Of a stretch of DNA of 64,000 nucleotides, positions 31,519-41,838 are shown in pieces. The stretch spans positions 64,001 to 128,000 of the forward strand of contig CAWFQB010000007.1 in NCBI GenBank assembly GCA_963817895.1, in the 5' to 3' direction. The notes below the pieces were generated by a model. The model did not search any database, was not told the origin of the DNA, and worked only from the letters and a program-made list of their open reading frames with translations. Position numbers and translations under genes: made by a program. Source of the stretch: an uncultured Chthonomonadaceae bacterium. GTDB lineage: Bacteria > Armatimonadota > Chthonomonadetes > Chthonomonadales > Chthonomonadaceae. The stretch's first letter is position 1; each line of letters opens with the position of its first letter.

Positions 31519-32755
31519 ATGGCAGGCAGAGAGCAGGAAATTGCATCGGAAGCGGACGGCGCGGCGGACCAAGTGTTGGAGCAACGCCTGACGGAACTGC
31601 AAATCAATCCCCGGCATGCGCATGAACTGCAAATGATAGAGGAAGCGGACGAAGACGTCACAAACGCCGGGAACGGACACGGGCATCACCACGACGCCCG
31701 CAGCCTGCTGCACATTGACACGATCTACATGGAGCCGCAAATCGAAGAGTATGCGCGAGGGCGTGAAATTCTGGCCCGCTTCCCCGACGCCAAACGCATT
31801 GCAATCGCTTCCCACTGGAAAATCCCCGAACTGCACGGCAATGCGGAACTGGTTCAGGATTGGGTCAAGGTAAAGCGCAATGTGCTGGTGCTTGGCGTCA
31901 AGAAATCACTGGCCGCCATGCCCTACGAGCGCAGTTGCGATTTCGTCGCGCCTTCCCACGCAAATGGCTGCTCGATGGCTTGCTCGTACTGCTTATGTCG
32001 GTCGTCGTAAAGGCTTTGCAAACCCCATTACAACCTTCGTCAACATCGAGCAGATTTGCGGGTATCTGGCGCGACATGCCGGGCGGCAGGGCGAGAAGAC
32101 CGAACCCACGATGGCCGACGCGCATTTGTGGACGTATGAACTCGGAACCAACAGCGATTGCGCGGCGGACGCGCTTGTGTCCGACAACATCAAAGATTTA
32201 GTCGCCCTGTTCCGAACGCTGCCCAACGCCAAAGCCACGTTTGCCACCAAATACGTCAACCGCGAACTGCTGGACTACGATCCGCAGGGCAAAACCCGCC
32301 TGCGCTTCAGCCTGATGCCGCCCGCATGTCGCCAAAGTGGTGGATGTTCGCACATCGAAAGTGGCGGACCGTATCGCGGCTATCAATGATTTTGTCGAGG
32401 CCGGGTATGAAGTGAATGTCAACTTCGCGCCCGTGATCGTTTATGACGGCTGGCTGGAAGATTATGCGGAATTGTTTACCCTGCTGGATGACAGCCTCAG
32501 CCCGCGCGCCAAACAGCAGATGGCGGCGGAAGTGGCGTTTCTGACGCACAACGAGGAACTGCACGAAGTGAATCTGGGCTGGCACCCAAAGGCGAGGAGT
32601 GGCTGTGGATGCCGGAAATCCAGGAGACGAAAATATCCGGCACGGGCGGCGAAAACCTGCGCTACAAAGTGAAACTGAAACGGCGTTGGGTCGAGCAGTT
32701 CTGCGCGCTGCTGCGCGAAAAACTGCCCTACTGCCCCATCCGCTACGCCTTCTGA
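31519..32755 (+). CDS. Spore photoproduct lyase-family radical SAM protein (frameshifted)
   Basis: GCSMACSYC CxxxCxxC, ASHWKIPEL, ATFATKYVN, RLRFSLMP, C-terminal CPIRYAF. Confidence 0.88.
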
Positions 32756-32768
32756 AACGAAATTAAAC

Positions 32769-32868
32769 CACGGAGAACACGGAGGACACGGAGGTGGAGA
32801 AGAGAGAAACAAGCCTTTGCTTCTCGCTTTCCTTTTCTCTCCGTGTTACGTCCTTATTCTCCGTGTGT
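32769..32868. repeat. 9-mer repeats in inverted arrangement
   Basis: CACGGAGAA-CACGGAGGA-CACGGAGG, with complementary CTCCGTG copies near 32839 and 32859. Confidence 0.7.
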
Positions 32869-34162
32869 TTTTCATTCTCTGGAATTTGGCTTCGATGGCG
32901 TTGCAGGCGGCCTCGACGCCGTTTTCGGCCTGTACCTGCTTCCCGACTTCTGCGGCTTTTTGGGCGTAGGATGGGGTTTCGAGCAGGGCGCGGAGTTCGT
33001 GGGTGGCGGTTTCCACCGTGTAGCGGTCACGGGAGATGGTTCTGCCGATGCCCATACGCGCAATGCGGGCGGCGTGATCGGGCTGGTCGTGGCTGTAGGG
33101 CATAATCAGCATGGGTTTGCCCGCCCGCATCGCCTGCCCCGTCGTGCCCACGCCGCCCTGATGCACAATGATGGGGGCGTAGGGGAACAGTTCGCGAATA
33201 GGGCGCGTATTCGGCGGCCAGAATGGTGTCCGGCAGAGGCGTTGCGGGACGATTGCGCGGGTCGCGGCCAATCAGCAGAATCGGCGCGCTTGCCGAGAGC
33301 CGTTGCCGCCTGCGCGCTGTGGGCGTAGAAAGCGCCCGCATCCATGACCGCAGAGGAGCCGAGCGTGAATACAATCGGGGGCGGGCCGGCTTTCCAGAAA
33401 CGCGGCCAGTTCCGGCGGCATGTCCTGTCCGGCTTCCAGACGGTCGTAAAAGGGAAAGCCGGTTTGTACCGTATGAGGCGGCCAGTCCGGTTGTGGCGCG
33501 GCAAGCAGGGGCGAAAACAGCGCCAGAACTAATTGCGGCGAGTGCTGCCCGTCCAGCAACGGGTCGCCTTCGGTGGGCGGCAGGCCCAATTCCGCGCGAA
33601 ATTCCCGTATCGGCGCGCTCCAGGACGCGAGTTTCGCGCTCATCAGGCGTTTCAAGGCGCGATGGAACCCCGGCCCTAATTTGCGCAGGCGCGGCAACAG
33701 AGCCACAATCGGGTCAACGGGCGGAAACACGGGCGGGTCATACGCGGAGATGAAGCCAAGCGGCTGCAAGACCGTGGAACACCAGTTTACGCCCAGTTTG
33801 GCGGCGACAAGCGGCCCGGCATAGACTGCGCCCTGCGTAACCAGCAAATCCGCGCCCTTCACCGCTTCCGTCAAATCCGCGTAACTTTCGCGCAGATACG
33901 GCGTAGCGATCTCCTTGACAAAGTATTCCGTGCCCGTCTTCAAATCCATCGCTTTGCGTATCACGTCTTCCGGGTCGCCAAAGTCCAGCAAGTCGGGGCG
34001 CATGGTATGAAAGCGCAGCCCTTCCGACTCGATCTTTCGTCTTTATAAACATGGCTTGTCGCCAGAACCACGTCATGCCCCCGCGCCTGCAAGCCCAGGC
34101 CAATGCGCGATATACGGGTGCAAATCGCCCAAACTGCCAAATGTTGTGAGAACAATCTTCAT
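32846..34162 (-). CDS. GT1 family glycosyltransferase (frameshifted)
   Basis: TFGSLGDLHPY, VFTLGSS, VHQGGVGTT, PYSHDQPD. Confidence 0.9.
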
Positions 34163-34175
34163 AAGGACAAGCTTT

Positions 34176-35162
34176 CTATTTCGGCGGGCAGGGCAGAAAC
34201 GTGGTTCCCACATCGCGCCCGTGTACCACATCGTCAATGACGCGCTCACGCCGCCCCCGCGCAATCACAGTACGAATACCGTCCTGCGTCGCGATACGCG
34301 CCGCTTCGATCTTGGTACGCATCCCGCCCGTTCCCACGCCGCTCGTCGTTTCCCCGCCCAATGCGGCAATCGCGGCGTCAATACGCTCCACAACAGGAAT
34401 GAGGGTGTTGAGGTGTTGGGTGTTGGGTGTTCGGGTAATCCTGCGGCTCCTCTTCTCCTTTTCTCCTTTTCTCCTTTTCTTCCCCCGGCGGCTGCGCGTA
34501 TAAGCCTTCTACATCCGAAAAATCAGCAGCAAATCCGCATTCACAAAGGTGGCAACGCGGGCGGCCAAGGTGTCGTTGTCGCCGAATTTGATTTCTTCGA
34601 CGGCTACGGTGTCATTTTCGTTGATGATAGGGACGACGCCCATATCCAGCAGGGCGCGGAGAGTGTTTTGCGCATTGGCGAAACGGGAAGCGTCGCTCAA
34701 ATCGTCGCGTGTCAGCAGCACCTGCGCGACGGTCACATCCCGCCACGCGAACGCTTCGGTATAGGTGTGCATGAGCAAGCCCTGCCCGATGGCAGCCGCG
34801 GCTTGCTTATAAGGAAGGGTGTTGGGAAAGGATGAAGGATGAAGGATGAAGGATGAATTTTCTTCTTCTTGTATCTCGTATCTCGTATCTCGTATCTTCT
34901 CCTCTTCTCCTCTTCTCCTTTTCTCCTTTTCTTCCCCCGGTATTCGCGTATCTTCCCCAACACCTAACACCGAATACCCAACACCCATGGCCTCCCTGCC
35001 CGCCCGTATCGCGCCGGACGTGACCAAAATCACATCATGGCCTTGCAGACGCAGAGCGGCAAGCTGCGCGGTCAGGTCGGCGATAAAGGCGCGGTCAATG
35101 CGTCCCTGCGCGTTGGTAAGCGTACTGGTTCCCACTTTGACGACAATGCGTTGCGGCGGCAT
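34176..35162 (-). CDS. proB: Glutamate 5-kinase lacking PUA domain, with two repeat-derived inserts and a local frame disruption near 34520
   Basis: VVKVGTSTL, VTSGAI, KQAAAAIGQ, INENDTV, FGDNDTLAA, GTGGMRTK. Confidence 0.92.
34403..34488. repeat. 7-mer plus 8-mer repeat cassette within proB
   Basis: GGGTGTT-type units then (CTCCTTTT)n-CTTCCCCCGG. Confidence 0.85.
34817..34987. repeat. Composite repeat cassette inserted in frame in proB
   Basis: (AGGATGA)4, (GTATCTC)3+, (TTCTCCT[C/T])4 and (CCAACAC-like)4, bracketed by GGGTGTTGGG / CCCAACACCC. Confidence 0.9.
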
Positions 35163-35171
35163 AACGGTATT

Positions 35172-36467
35172 TTAGTCCTTGCGGGCGATGGTGTTCCGCC
35201 ATACCAATTTAGCGACGATGGGCCAGTACAAAGCGCTGCGCAGGAACCATCCCAGCAGCGTATAGTGCCAGCCCAGATAGGTAAAGACAGGGATATAGGC
35301 AAGCGCCATGATTGCCCACGCCGCAAGCGATGGTTCTTGCCTGCGGTATTTCCATAAGAGGTATAGGGTGTACAGAACACTCATCATACCCAATAACTCT
35401 GATAAGCGCTGTGTTTTCGTGGCGCCGCCATCGAAAATATAGAGAATGGCTTCGGACAGGGATGCAAAGGCGACATTGCAATAAATCCAGAGGACGCCAA
35501 CTACAATTAAGCCGGTAAGGAGTTTGGAATAAGGGCGCGCGAACCAGATGGCCCCTGCCCCTTGCCGCAGTTTGACTATGCCGCCAATCAGCAGAACCAG
35601 CAGCAGGGCAAGGCCGGGGTACCAGTAAGTGGCCGTCAGAAGGTAGCCATAGAAGCTGAAAAACCAGTATAAAAACGGTTTCCTGAGAATGTGTACCCAC
35701 TTCAGCGGCGGGGGATTGTACGGAGCCACAATGACCAGCCAGCGGTACAAATAAAACAGCAATGCCGCGCCGAGCATCCCTCCGATTTGCGCCAGAAACG
35801 CGCCCCGCTTCACGATTACGTAGTTGGGCTTGCTCCAGGCCAGCGTGAGCGCCATTGCCGGAAATATATAGCCCGTTTCTTTGGTCAACAGGCTCAACAG
35901 GAAACACAGCCAGAACAGAGCCAGAGGCTTTGGGCGCGTGGTTTCCAGCCAGACATCCAGGCCGTAAAGCGCGCCAAGCAGAAAGCCGGCCAGCATCAGG
36001 TCTTGATGCGCGGGATACCAGGCGAGCCAGTCCTTCGGAGTGGCCCCTCCCCAGTTGAAGCGGGGCAAAGCCGAACCGAGCGCTCCGGCCAGCAGGGTAC
36101 AGGCTTGCGAACGGGTAAAACGCCAGGCCAGAGCGCAGCATAGCAGGCAATCCACAACAAACAGGCCAAAACCCATCCAACCAACCCACAGAAAGCCCCA
36201 ATGCAGCCCGATCCACGTTTCAACCCAGAGCAAATAAGAGGAGAGCGGGCGAAAAACGTGAATGCCGTCTTCGATCCACGGGCCATGCCACCAGCGCAGG
36301 CTATCTGCCAACAGATGCGGCGTTTGTTTGTAGCCGGCGAGAATGGGCGCTACGTCGTTCATAGCGAGAACGGAAGGCAAGCCGCACCCGGTCACGAACG
36401 CCCAATTCCAGAACAGCGCCAGTCCAATCACCACAGCCACAAGGCCATATATTGTTCGTTGTGGCAT
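35172..36467 (-). CDS. Polytopic membrane protein, possibly GT-C glycosyltransferase-like
   Basis: 431 aa, many TM helices, FRPLSS and LSLLTKETG motifs. Confidence 0.7.
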   Translation of the reverse strand: MPQRTIYGLVAVVIGLALFWNWAFVTGCGLPSVLAMNDVAPILAGYKQTPHLLADSLRWWHGPWIEDGIHVFRPLSSYLLWVETWIGLHWGFLWVGWMGFGLFVVDCLLCCALAWRFTRSQACTLLAGALGSALPRFNWGGATPKDWLAWYPAHQDLMLAGFLLGALYGLDVWLETTRPKPLALFWLCFLLSLLTKETGYIFPAMALTLAWSKPNYVIVKRGAFLAQIGGMLGAALLFYLYRWLVIVAPYNPPPLKWVHILRKPFLYWFFSFYGYLLTATYWYPGLALLLVLLIGGIVKLRQGAGAIWFARPYSKLLTGLIVVGVLWIYCNVAFASLSEAILYIFDGGATKTQRLSELLGMMSVLYTLYLLWKYRRQEPSLAAWAIMALAYIPVFTYLGWHYTLLGWFLRSALYWPIVAKLVWRNTIARKD

Positions 36468-36572
36468 CTTCGATTTCTCTGCCGACCGGGAACACCATTT
36501 TGCCTGAACTCAGGAGGGGTGGGCAACGGCAAAATAGACAGCAGCAAAATAGACGCTGTTTCAGAAGCCGCC

Positions 36573-37925
36573 TCACAGCGCGTTTTTGCGCTTGCCGCCG
36601 GCCCGCGCCTCGTACTCCTCATCGGGCTTGTCTTCGTCCTCGAAATTGAATTCGATGTCGCGGATTTTTACCGTATCGCCGTCCTTCGCGCCCAGACTGC
36701 GCAGGCGTTTGGTGACGCCGATTTTATCCAGCGACTTTTGCAGGCGGCGCAGGGCGAACTCATTTTCCAGATCGGTCATCGCCACCATCCGCTCCAGACC
36801 TTTGCCCACCACCTGGTACTGCCCCGCGCCGACCTGCCGCGCCTCCCAGTGGTTGTCGTCCACTTCCGGCAGGGCGCGAAACACCATTTCCGCCGGTTCC
36901 GCTTCCAATCGCGCCTGCTCTTCCGCGCGCAGGGCTTCCAGCCGATCCATTACGGTATAAATCAGCGGCGTCAGGCCGTTCCGGGTGGCAGCGGAGATGC
37001 GATACACGGTATAGCCCCGGTTTTGCAGTTCCAGTTGCAGGGCGTCCACGCTTGCCATATCCTGAATGGCGTCGGTTTTGTTGAGCGCGACGATCTGCGG
37101 CAGTTCGGCCAGATGCGCGTCGTACAATTCCAGCTCGCGGTTCAGAATCTCGAAATCTTGCAGTGGGTCGCGCCCCGTCATGCCGCTCACATCCAGAATA
37201 TGAATCAGCAGGCGCGAACGCGATACATGGCGCAGGAATTGATGCCCCAACCCGATACCCTCGGACGCGCCCTCGATGATGCCCGGAATGTCCGCCATCA
37301 CGAAATTGCGCTCGGACTCGACGCGCACCACGCCGAGATTGGGCGTCAGTGTGGTGAACGGGTAGTCCGCGATTTTCGGTTTGGCGGCGGAAACGGCGGA
37401 AATCAGCGTGGATTTGCCGACATTGGGGAATCCAAGCAGGCCGACATCCGCCAGCAGACGCAGTTCCATTTTCAGCCGCTTCACTTCGCCGGGTTCGCCT
37501 CGTTCCGCGAACTTGGGAGCCTGATGTATCGAGGTGGCAAAATGCGCGTTGCCCCGCCCGCCGATGCCGCCCTTCGCGATGATGACGCGGGCGTCCGGCG
37601 TGTTCAGGTCGGCGATAACCTCGCCCGTGTCCATGTCCGTGACAACGGTTCCCAACGGCACTTTCAGTTCCAGATCGCCGCCGTCCTTGCCGAACATATC
37701 TTTAGCGCCGCCGTCGCCGCCCCGGTCCGCTTTATATTTATGCCGGTAGCGAAAATCCAGCAGGGTGGTCACATTAGAGTCCACCTGAAAGATCACGCTG
37801 CCGCCATGCCCGCCGTCGCCCCCGTTCGGGCCGCCGTTCGGCACGTATTTTTCCTTGCGAAAGGTTGCCATACCGTTGCCGCCATTGCCGGCCAACACTT
37901 CAATCTCTACTTCATCCACGAACAT
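36573..37925 (-). CDS. obg: Obg/CgtA GTPase with C-terminal OCT domain
   Basis: MFVDEV, GGPNGGDGG, GFPNVGKS, DYPFTTL, DIPG, NKTD, GAKDGDTVKI. Confidence 0.98.
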   Translation of the reverse strand: MFVDEVEIEVLAGNGGNGMATFRKEKYVPNGGPNGGDGGHGGSVIFQVDSNVTTLLDFRYRHKYKADRGGDGGAKDMFGKDGGDLELKVPLGTVVTDMDTGEVIADLNTPDARVIIAKGGIGGRGNAHFATSIHQAPKFAERGEPGEVKRLKMELRLLADVGLLGFPNVGKSTLISAVSAAKPKIADYPFTTLTPNLGVVRVESERNFVMADIPGIIEGASEGIGLGHQFLRHVSRSRLLIHILDVSGMTGRDPLQDFEILNRELELYDAHLAELPQIVALNKTDAIQDMASVDALQLELQNRGYTVYRISAATRNGLTPLIYTVMDRLEALRAEEQARLEAEPAEMVFRALPEVDDNHWEARQVGAGQYQVVGKGLERMVAMTDLENEFALRRLQKSLDKIGVTKRLRSLGAKDGDTVKIRDIEFNFEDEDKPDEEYEARAGGKRKNAL

Positions 37926-38093
37926 CGAACTACGCTCACTTTCTATCCGCGCTTTTGCCTGCGCTTCTTCAATCCTGACGCCTCATGCGTCCCAATCCTG
38001 CTCACCGCAATACTCCTCCTATTGTATCAGAGTTTCTCCCAAATAGGGTGAACTGAATAAATTCAGCGCTATGGAGGATTTCGGCGGGAAATG

Positions 38094-38122
38094 TTGAACA
38101 TTGTACTTTGAAATTCTATTAT
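38094..38122 (+). promoter_or_regulatory. Candidate sigma70 promoter
   Basis: TTGAAC-N17-TATTAT upstream of ATG 38179. Confidence 0.45.
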
Positions 38123-38178
38123 GCAGATGAAGAAGTCTGCAAGCCGTCCGTGCGTAAGGGCGGCATCCGGGAGGCCTT

Positions 38179-38775
38179 ATGTCCATGCTGAAGATTTTTG
38201 TGGTTATTGCCGTCCTCGCCCTGATTGGCGTTGGAGGCTATTTTATGGTACAGAAACACAAAGCGCAGTCGGCGATTCAGCAGGAAGTCGCGCTGCAGCA
38301 GTCGGAAAAACAGGAGTGTGAGCGGCGACTGGGGCTTTTTTATCAGGCATGGAAGCGCTACAAAGCAGACCATAAGGGCGAGGAACCGCCCAATGTCGCC
38401 GTTCTGATACCCAAATACATTCCTGATCCGAAACTGCTGGTTTGCCCGACTGCCCAGCGCTGGCTCAACAATCATAAAGCCGTATCGCGGGGCAGTCTTA
38501 CCATCAACAAGCAGCAGTACACCGAAACCTACGGGTTTCAATGGGTCAATCCCAATGCGGCGCACAGCATCAAGAAGCAGGGCGACAAAGCGCCCCTCAT
38601 TCTCTGCACGGCCCACGAGGAGGGAATATATATCTCCATTTTCCACAAACAACCACAGTTGGGCGCGTTCGATCCCGACAAGCGCGGAAACTATATCTCC
38701 GAACTGCAAAACGCGCGCCCTCTCGTCGCGCGGCGCAATGGAACCGTCGAAGAATTAAGCGCAGACGAAGAGTGA
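38179..38775 (+). CDS. Membrane-anchored hypothetical protein (pilin-like layout)
   Basis: RBS GGAGG, N-terminal TM helix, LIPKYIPDPKLLVCP, LILCTAH. Confidence 0.7.
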   Translation: MSMLKIFVVIAVLALIGVGGYFMVQKHKAQSAIQQEVALQQSEKQECERRLGLFYQAWKRYKADHKGEEPPNVAVLIPKYIPDPKLLVCPTAQRWLNNHKAVSRGSLTINKQQYTETYGFQWVNPNAAHSIKKQGDKAPLILCTAHEEGIYISIFHKQPQLGAFDPDKRGNYISELQNARPLVARRNGTVEELSADEE

Positions 38776-38830
38776 GGGGCGCGTTCCGCGCCTTTATCGG
38801 GTAGGGTTCGGACAGGTATGGGAGAACAGT

Positions 38831-40579
38831 TCAGCGCGACTGCGCGACGATACTGCCGCCCTGCCGGATTGTCACGGTTGTATTGATGGCGGCAACATCC
38901 GCGCGTTGTGTTTTGCCGTCGGGCCAGCGTATCTCCAGCGTCACCGGCCCGGTATGCGAGCCAAGTCCGAAATGCGCGACAGGCAGCAGGGCGGACATGG
39001 CGCTGCCCGACGCGCGTATTTCGCGCAGTTGTTTTTGCCCCCCGACATTCAGCGTCACGCGCGCGCCCAATCCAAAGCGATTTGGCCCGGAAGATTGTAA
39101 TTGGACGTCCAGCCAGTTCTGCGGCGCAGATTGGTTGTGCAGCAAAACCGCGTCGCCTTCCAGATTGCAAATCAACACATCCACGCGGCCATCCCGGTCA
39201 TAGTCGGCAAATGCCAGTCCCCTGCCGACGAGGGACATGTTCTCCGCGCCGCCCGACGTCGCCGTCACTTCGGTAAAATGCCCCTGATGATTTTGAAATA
39301 TCTGAATAGGCTGCGCGTAGGTTTGGGAAGCATCGAAGTCATGGACATTGTCGCGCACATGCCCGCTTGTCACTACCAGATCGAGCCAGCCGTCATTATT
39401 CAGGTCCGCGAATCCCACGCCAAACTTCACGTAGGGCATGGTGGCCGGCCCAAGCCCGGTCGTGCTGCTGGCGTAAGTAAACAGTCCCTCGCCATCGTTA
39501 TGATACAGACTGATGGATTGCGCAAAATAGGTCGTTACCACCATATCCAATCGGCCATCGTTATCGTAGTCGCCCGAATCCACGCCCATGCCGCCCTGCA
39601 CATGCCCCTGTCCATCATACGCCGTGCCGCTTTTCGTTCCCACATCCTGCCATGTCCTGCCGGAGCGCGTCCATAAATCCCCCGGCATCTGATCATTGGC
39701 GAGATAAAGCGCCGGATGCCCCTGATCCAGCAGATCGGAGGCCAGAACGCCCCAGGTCTTACCCGTGTCTTTCCATGCCATCGCGCGGAAATGCTTTCCA
39801 TCCACATTCTGAAACAATCTGCCGGACAGAGGCGCGTACATTTCCGGGCCGCAGGCGGAGCGGGCGGTGGCGACCAAGCATGTCTGAGGCGTGCTTGCAT
39901 CGAATTTAACAAACTGGCTGACGTATAAATCCAGCCGCCCTGTGCCTGTAAAGTCCGCAAACGCCGCGCTCATGGACCAATCCAGATTTCCAATACCGCT
40001 TTGCGCCGACACATCCTCAAAGCGGCCCCCACCCAGATTGTGGTAAAGCGCCCAGCAGTGATACCCCGTCAGAAAAATATCGGGACGGCCATCGCCATCG
40101 TAATCGCCTACCGCGCAGCCCATCCAATAACCATCGGTTTTCAGGCCGCTGCCCCGCGTGACATTGGTAAAGGTTCCATTCCGCTCATTGTGGAACAGTC
40201 CCACATTGTGCGGCCCGACAAGCAGCGCGTCCGGCCAGCCATCGCCGTCATAATCCAGCCACGCGCACCCGCCCCCCGCTGTTTGCAGCAGCGTGAACGG
40301 GGAATGGCCTTTGTTCTTGAGCGTAAAACGAAGTCCCACTTTTTCCGCCTCCGATACCAAGCGAATCGGGGCAGAAGCAGATTGGGGGGCAGCCGCCACG
40401 ACGGGCGAGGGGGAAGCAGGCAAGAACGCTGTAGGGCGGGGACGGACACAGCCACAAACGGCAAGGCAGGACAACAACAGCAGCAAGCGGATACGGCGCG
40501 TTTGTGCCGCTCCCACAGCAATTCGCGCTGAAGCAGAAGCTGAAAGGCATTGCCAATCCGTAGAAAGTGTCTGCCTCAT
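38831..40579 (-). CDS. CRTAC1-family protein (FG-GAP repeats plus ASPIC/UnbV)
   Basis: Repeated DYDGDG.PD / DYDNDG.LD, GRGLAFADYD, HFGLG, IRWPDG. Confidence 0.92.
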   Translation of the reverse strand: MRQTLSTDWQCLSASASARIAVGAAQTRRIRLLLLLSCLAVCGCVRPRPTAFLPASPSPVVAAAPQSASAPIRLVSEAEKVGLRFTLKNKGHSPFTLLQTAGGGCAWLDYDGDGWPDALLVGPHNVGLFHNERNGTFTNVTRGSGLKTDGYWMGCAVGDYDGDGRPDIFLTGYHCWALYHNLGGGRFEDVSAQSGIGNLDWSMSAAFADFTGTGRLDLYVSQFVKFDASTPQTCLVATARSACGPEMYAPLSGRLFQNVDGKHFRAMAWKDTGKTWGVLASDLLDQGHPALYLANDQMPGDLWTRSGRTWQDVGTKSGTAYDGQGHVQGGMGVDSGDYDNDGRLDMVVTTYFAQSISLYHNDGEGLFTYASSTTGLGPATMPYVKFGVGFADLNNDGWLDLVVTSGHVRDNVHDFDASQTYAQPIQIFQNHQGHFTEVTATSGGAENMSLVGRGLAFADYDRDGRVDVLICNLEGDAVLLHNQSAPQNWLDVQLQSSGPNRFGLGARVTLNVGGQKQLREIRASGSAMSALLPVAHFGLGSHTGPVTLEIRWPDGKTQRADVAAINTTVTIRQGGSIVAQSR

Positions 40580-41808
40580 GGCGTCCCCTGCGATGGGCCG
40601 CCGGTTTCACTTTGCAGCCGGGCAAGCCGCGCTTTCAGAACGCTTTGCGTCGGGTCTATGCCAATCGCGAGTTTCAGACTGTCCATCGCCCCGGCAACAT
40701 CGCCGGACTGCAACTGCAAATCGGCCAGGCGCGCGTACAAAGCAACATCATTCGGTCGCGCTTCCAGGGCGACTCGTATTTCGCCAATTTGTCGCTGCGC
40801 GTTCTCACGGGCGCGGAAGATCGCCAACATGCGGGCTGCGTCGCTGGCGCGTTTCAAGCGCAGGTAGACCTGACTGAGAGAATAGTACGTCTGATCATGC
40901 TGTGGGGCTGTTTGCAGGCCGCGTTCCAGAAAACGCGCCGCCTGCGGCCAGTGACCGCGCAGCCGTTCTAATTCGCCATGCTCGAACGGCAGAAGGGGAT
41001 TGTCCGGGCTGATCTGCTCAACGATGCCGATGACCTGCTCCGCGCTGTCCAAATCCTCTTTGTTGCGGTGATTCGTCAGCAAAATCGTCAGATAATTGCT
41101 CTGAATGTGAAGACTGGCGGGGGCAAGCTGCGCCGCCTGTCGCGTGGCGGCAATTCCGGCCTCCACATTGCCCAGCGCGACCTCGATACTGCCCTTCAAC
41201 GCCAGATAGTTCGGCTCCGAGGGAACCAGCCGCAACGCCTGCGCGATAGCCTCCTGCGCCTGCGCGATACGCTGCGTTTCCAGATAGCATACGGCCAGCT
41301 CATACCAGGCCTCCGGCACATTCCGATCCGCCTGAACGACGGCATTGAACGCTTCGGAGGCATGAAGGTACGACGCTTTTTTGCGATACAAACGTCCGAG
41401 AGACATCTGCGCGGGAACACTGCGGGGATTTTGCGCCACTGCCGTTTTCAGAAGCTGGAAGGCTTCCGGGTAGTGGTTTTGCGCCATCAAAATACCGGCA
41501 AGCCCCGTTGCCGCTTCCACGTCTTTCTCATTGAGCGCGTATGCCTGAATCAGCGCGGGTTCGGCCATCGCCCCATCTCCTTCGCGCGCCAGGCGCAGTC
41601 CCAGGGTTCGCCAGCCCAGCGCGTCTTTGGGATGCTCATCCAACAGACGGCGCAGGTTCACCATGCTCATGCGCTCATAGCGATACGCCGCGCTCCACGG
41701 GCCGAACCACCAGGCCGCCAAGCCGCCACAGCAGACGGCCAAAGTCAGCAGCAGAATTGTTTTCCAGCGCCCGCGCGGACGCGCAAATTTTTCGGGGATT
41801 GCTTCCAT
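40576..41808 (-). CDS. TPR protein with N-terminal membrane anchor
   Basis: Multiple TPR-like helical repeats; overlaps the next start (ATGA). Confidence 0.88.
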   Translation of the reverse strand: MEAIPEKFARPRGRWKTILLLTLAVCCGGLAAWWFGPWSAAYRYERMSMVNLRRLLDEHPKDALGWRTLGLRLAREGDGAMAEPALIQAYALNEKDVEAATGLAGILMAQNHYPEAFQLLKTAVAQNPRSVPAQMSLGRLYRKKASYLHASEAFNAVVQADRNVPEAWYELAVCYLETQRIAQAQEAIAQALRLVPSEPNYLALKGSIEVALGNVEAGIAATRQAAQLAPASLHIQSNYLTILLTNHRNKEDLDSAEQVIGIVEQISPDNPLLPFEHGELERLRGHWPQAARFLERGLQTAPQHDQTYYSLSQVYLRLKRASDAARMLAIFRARENAQRQIGEIRVALEARPNDVALYARLADLQLQSGDVAGAMDSLKLAIGIDPTQSVLKARLARLQSETGGPSQGTP

Positions 41809-41838
41809 TAAAATTTCAGCTAAATTTCATATTGAACT

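Noticed and set aside
36201..38051. 616-aa plus-strand ORF
   Set aside because: Antisense shadow of obg
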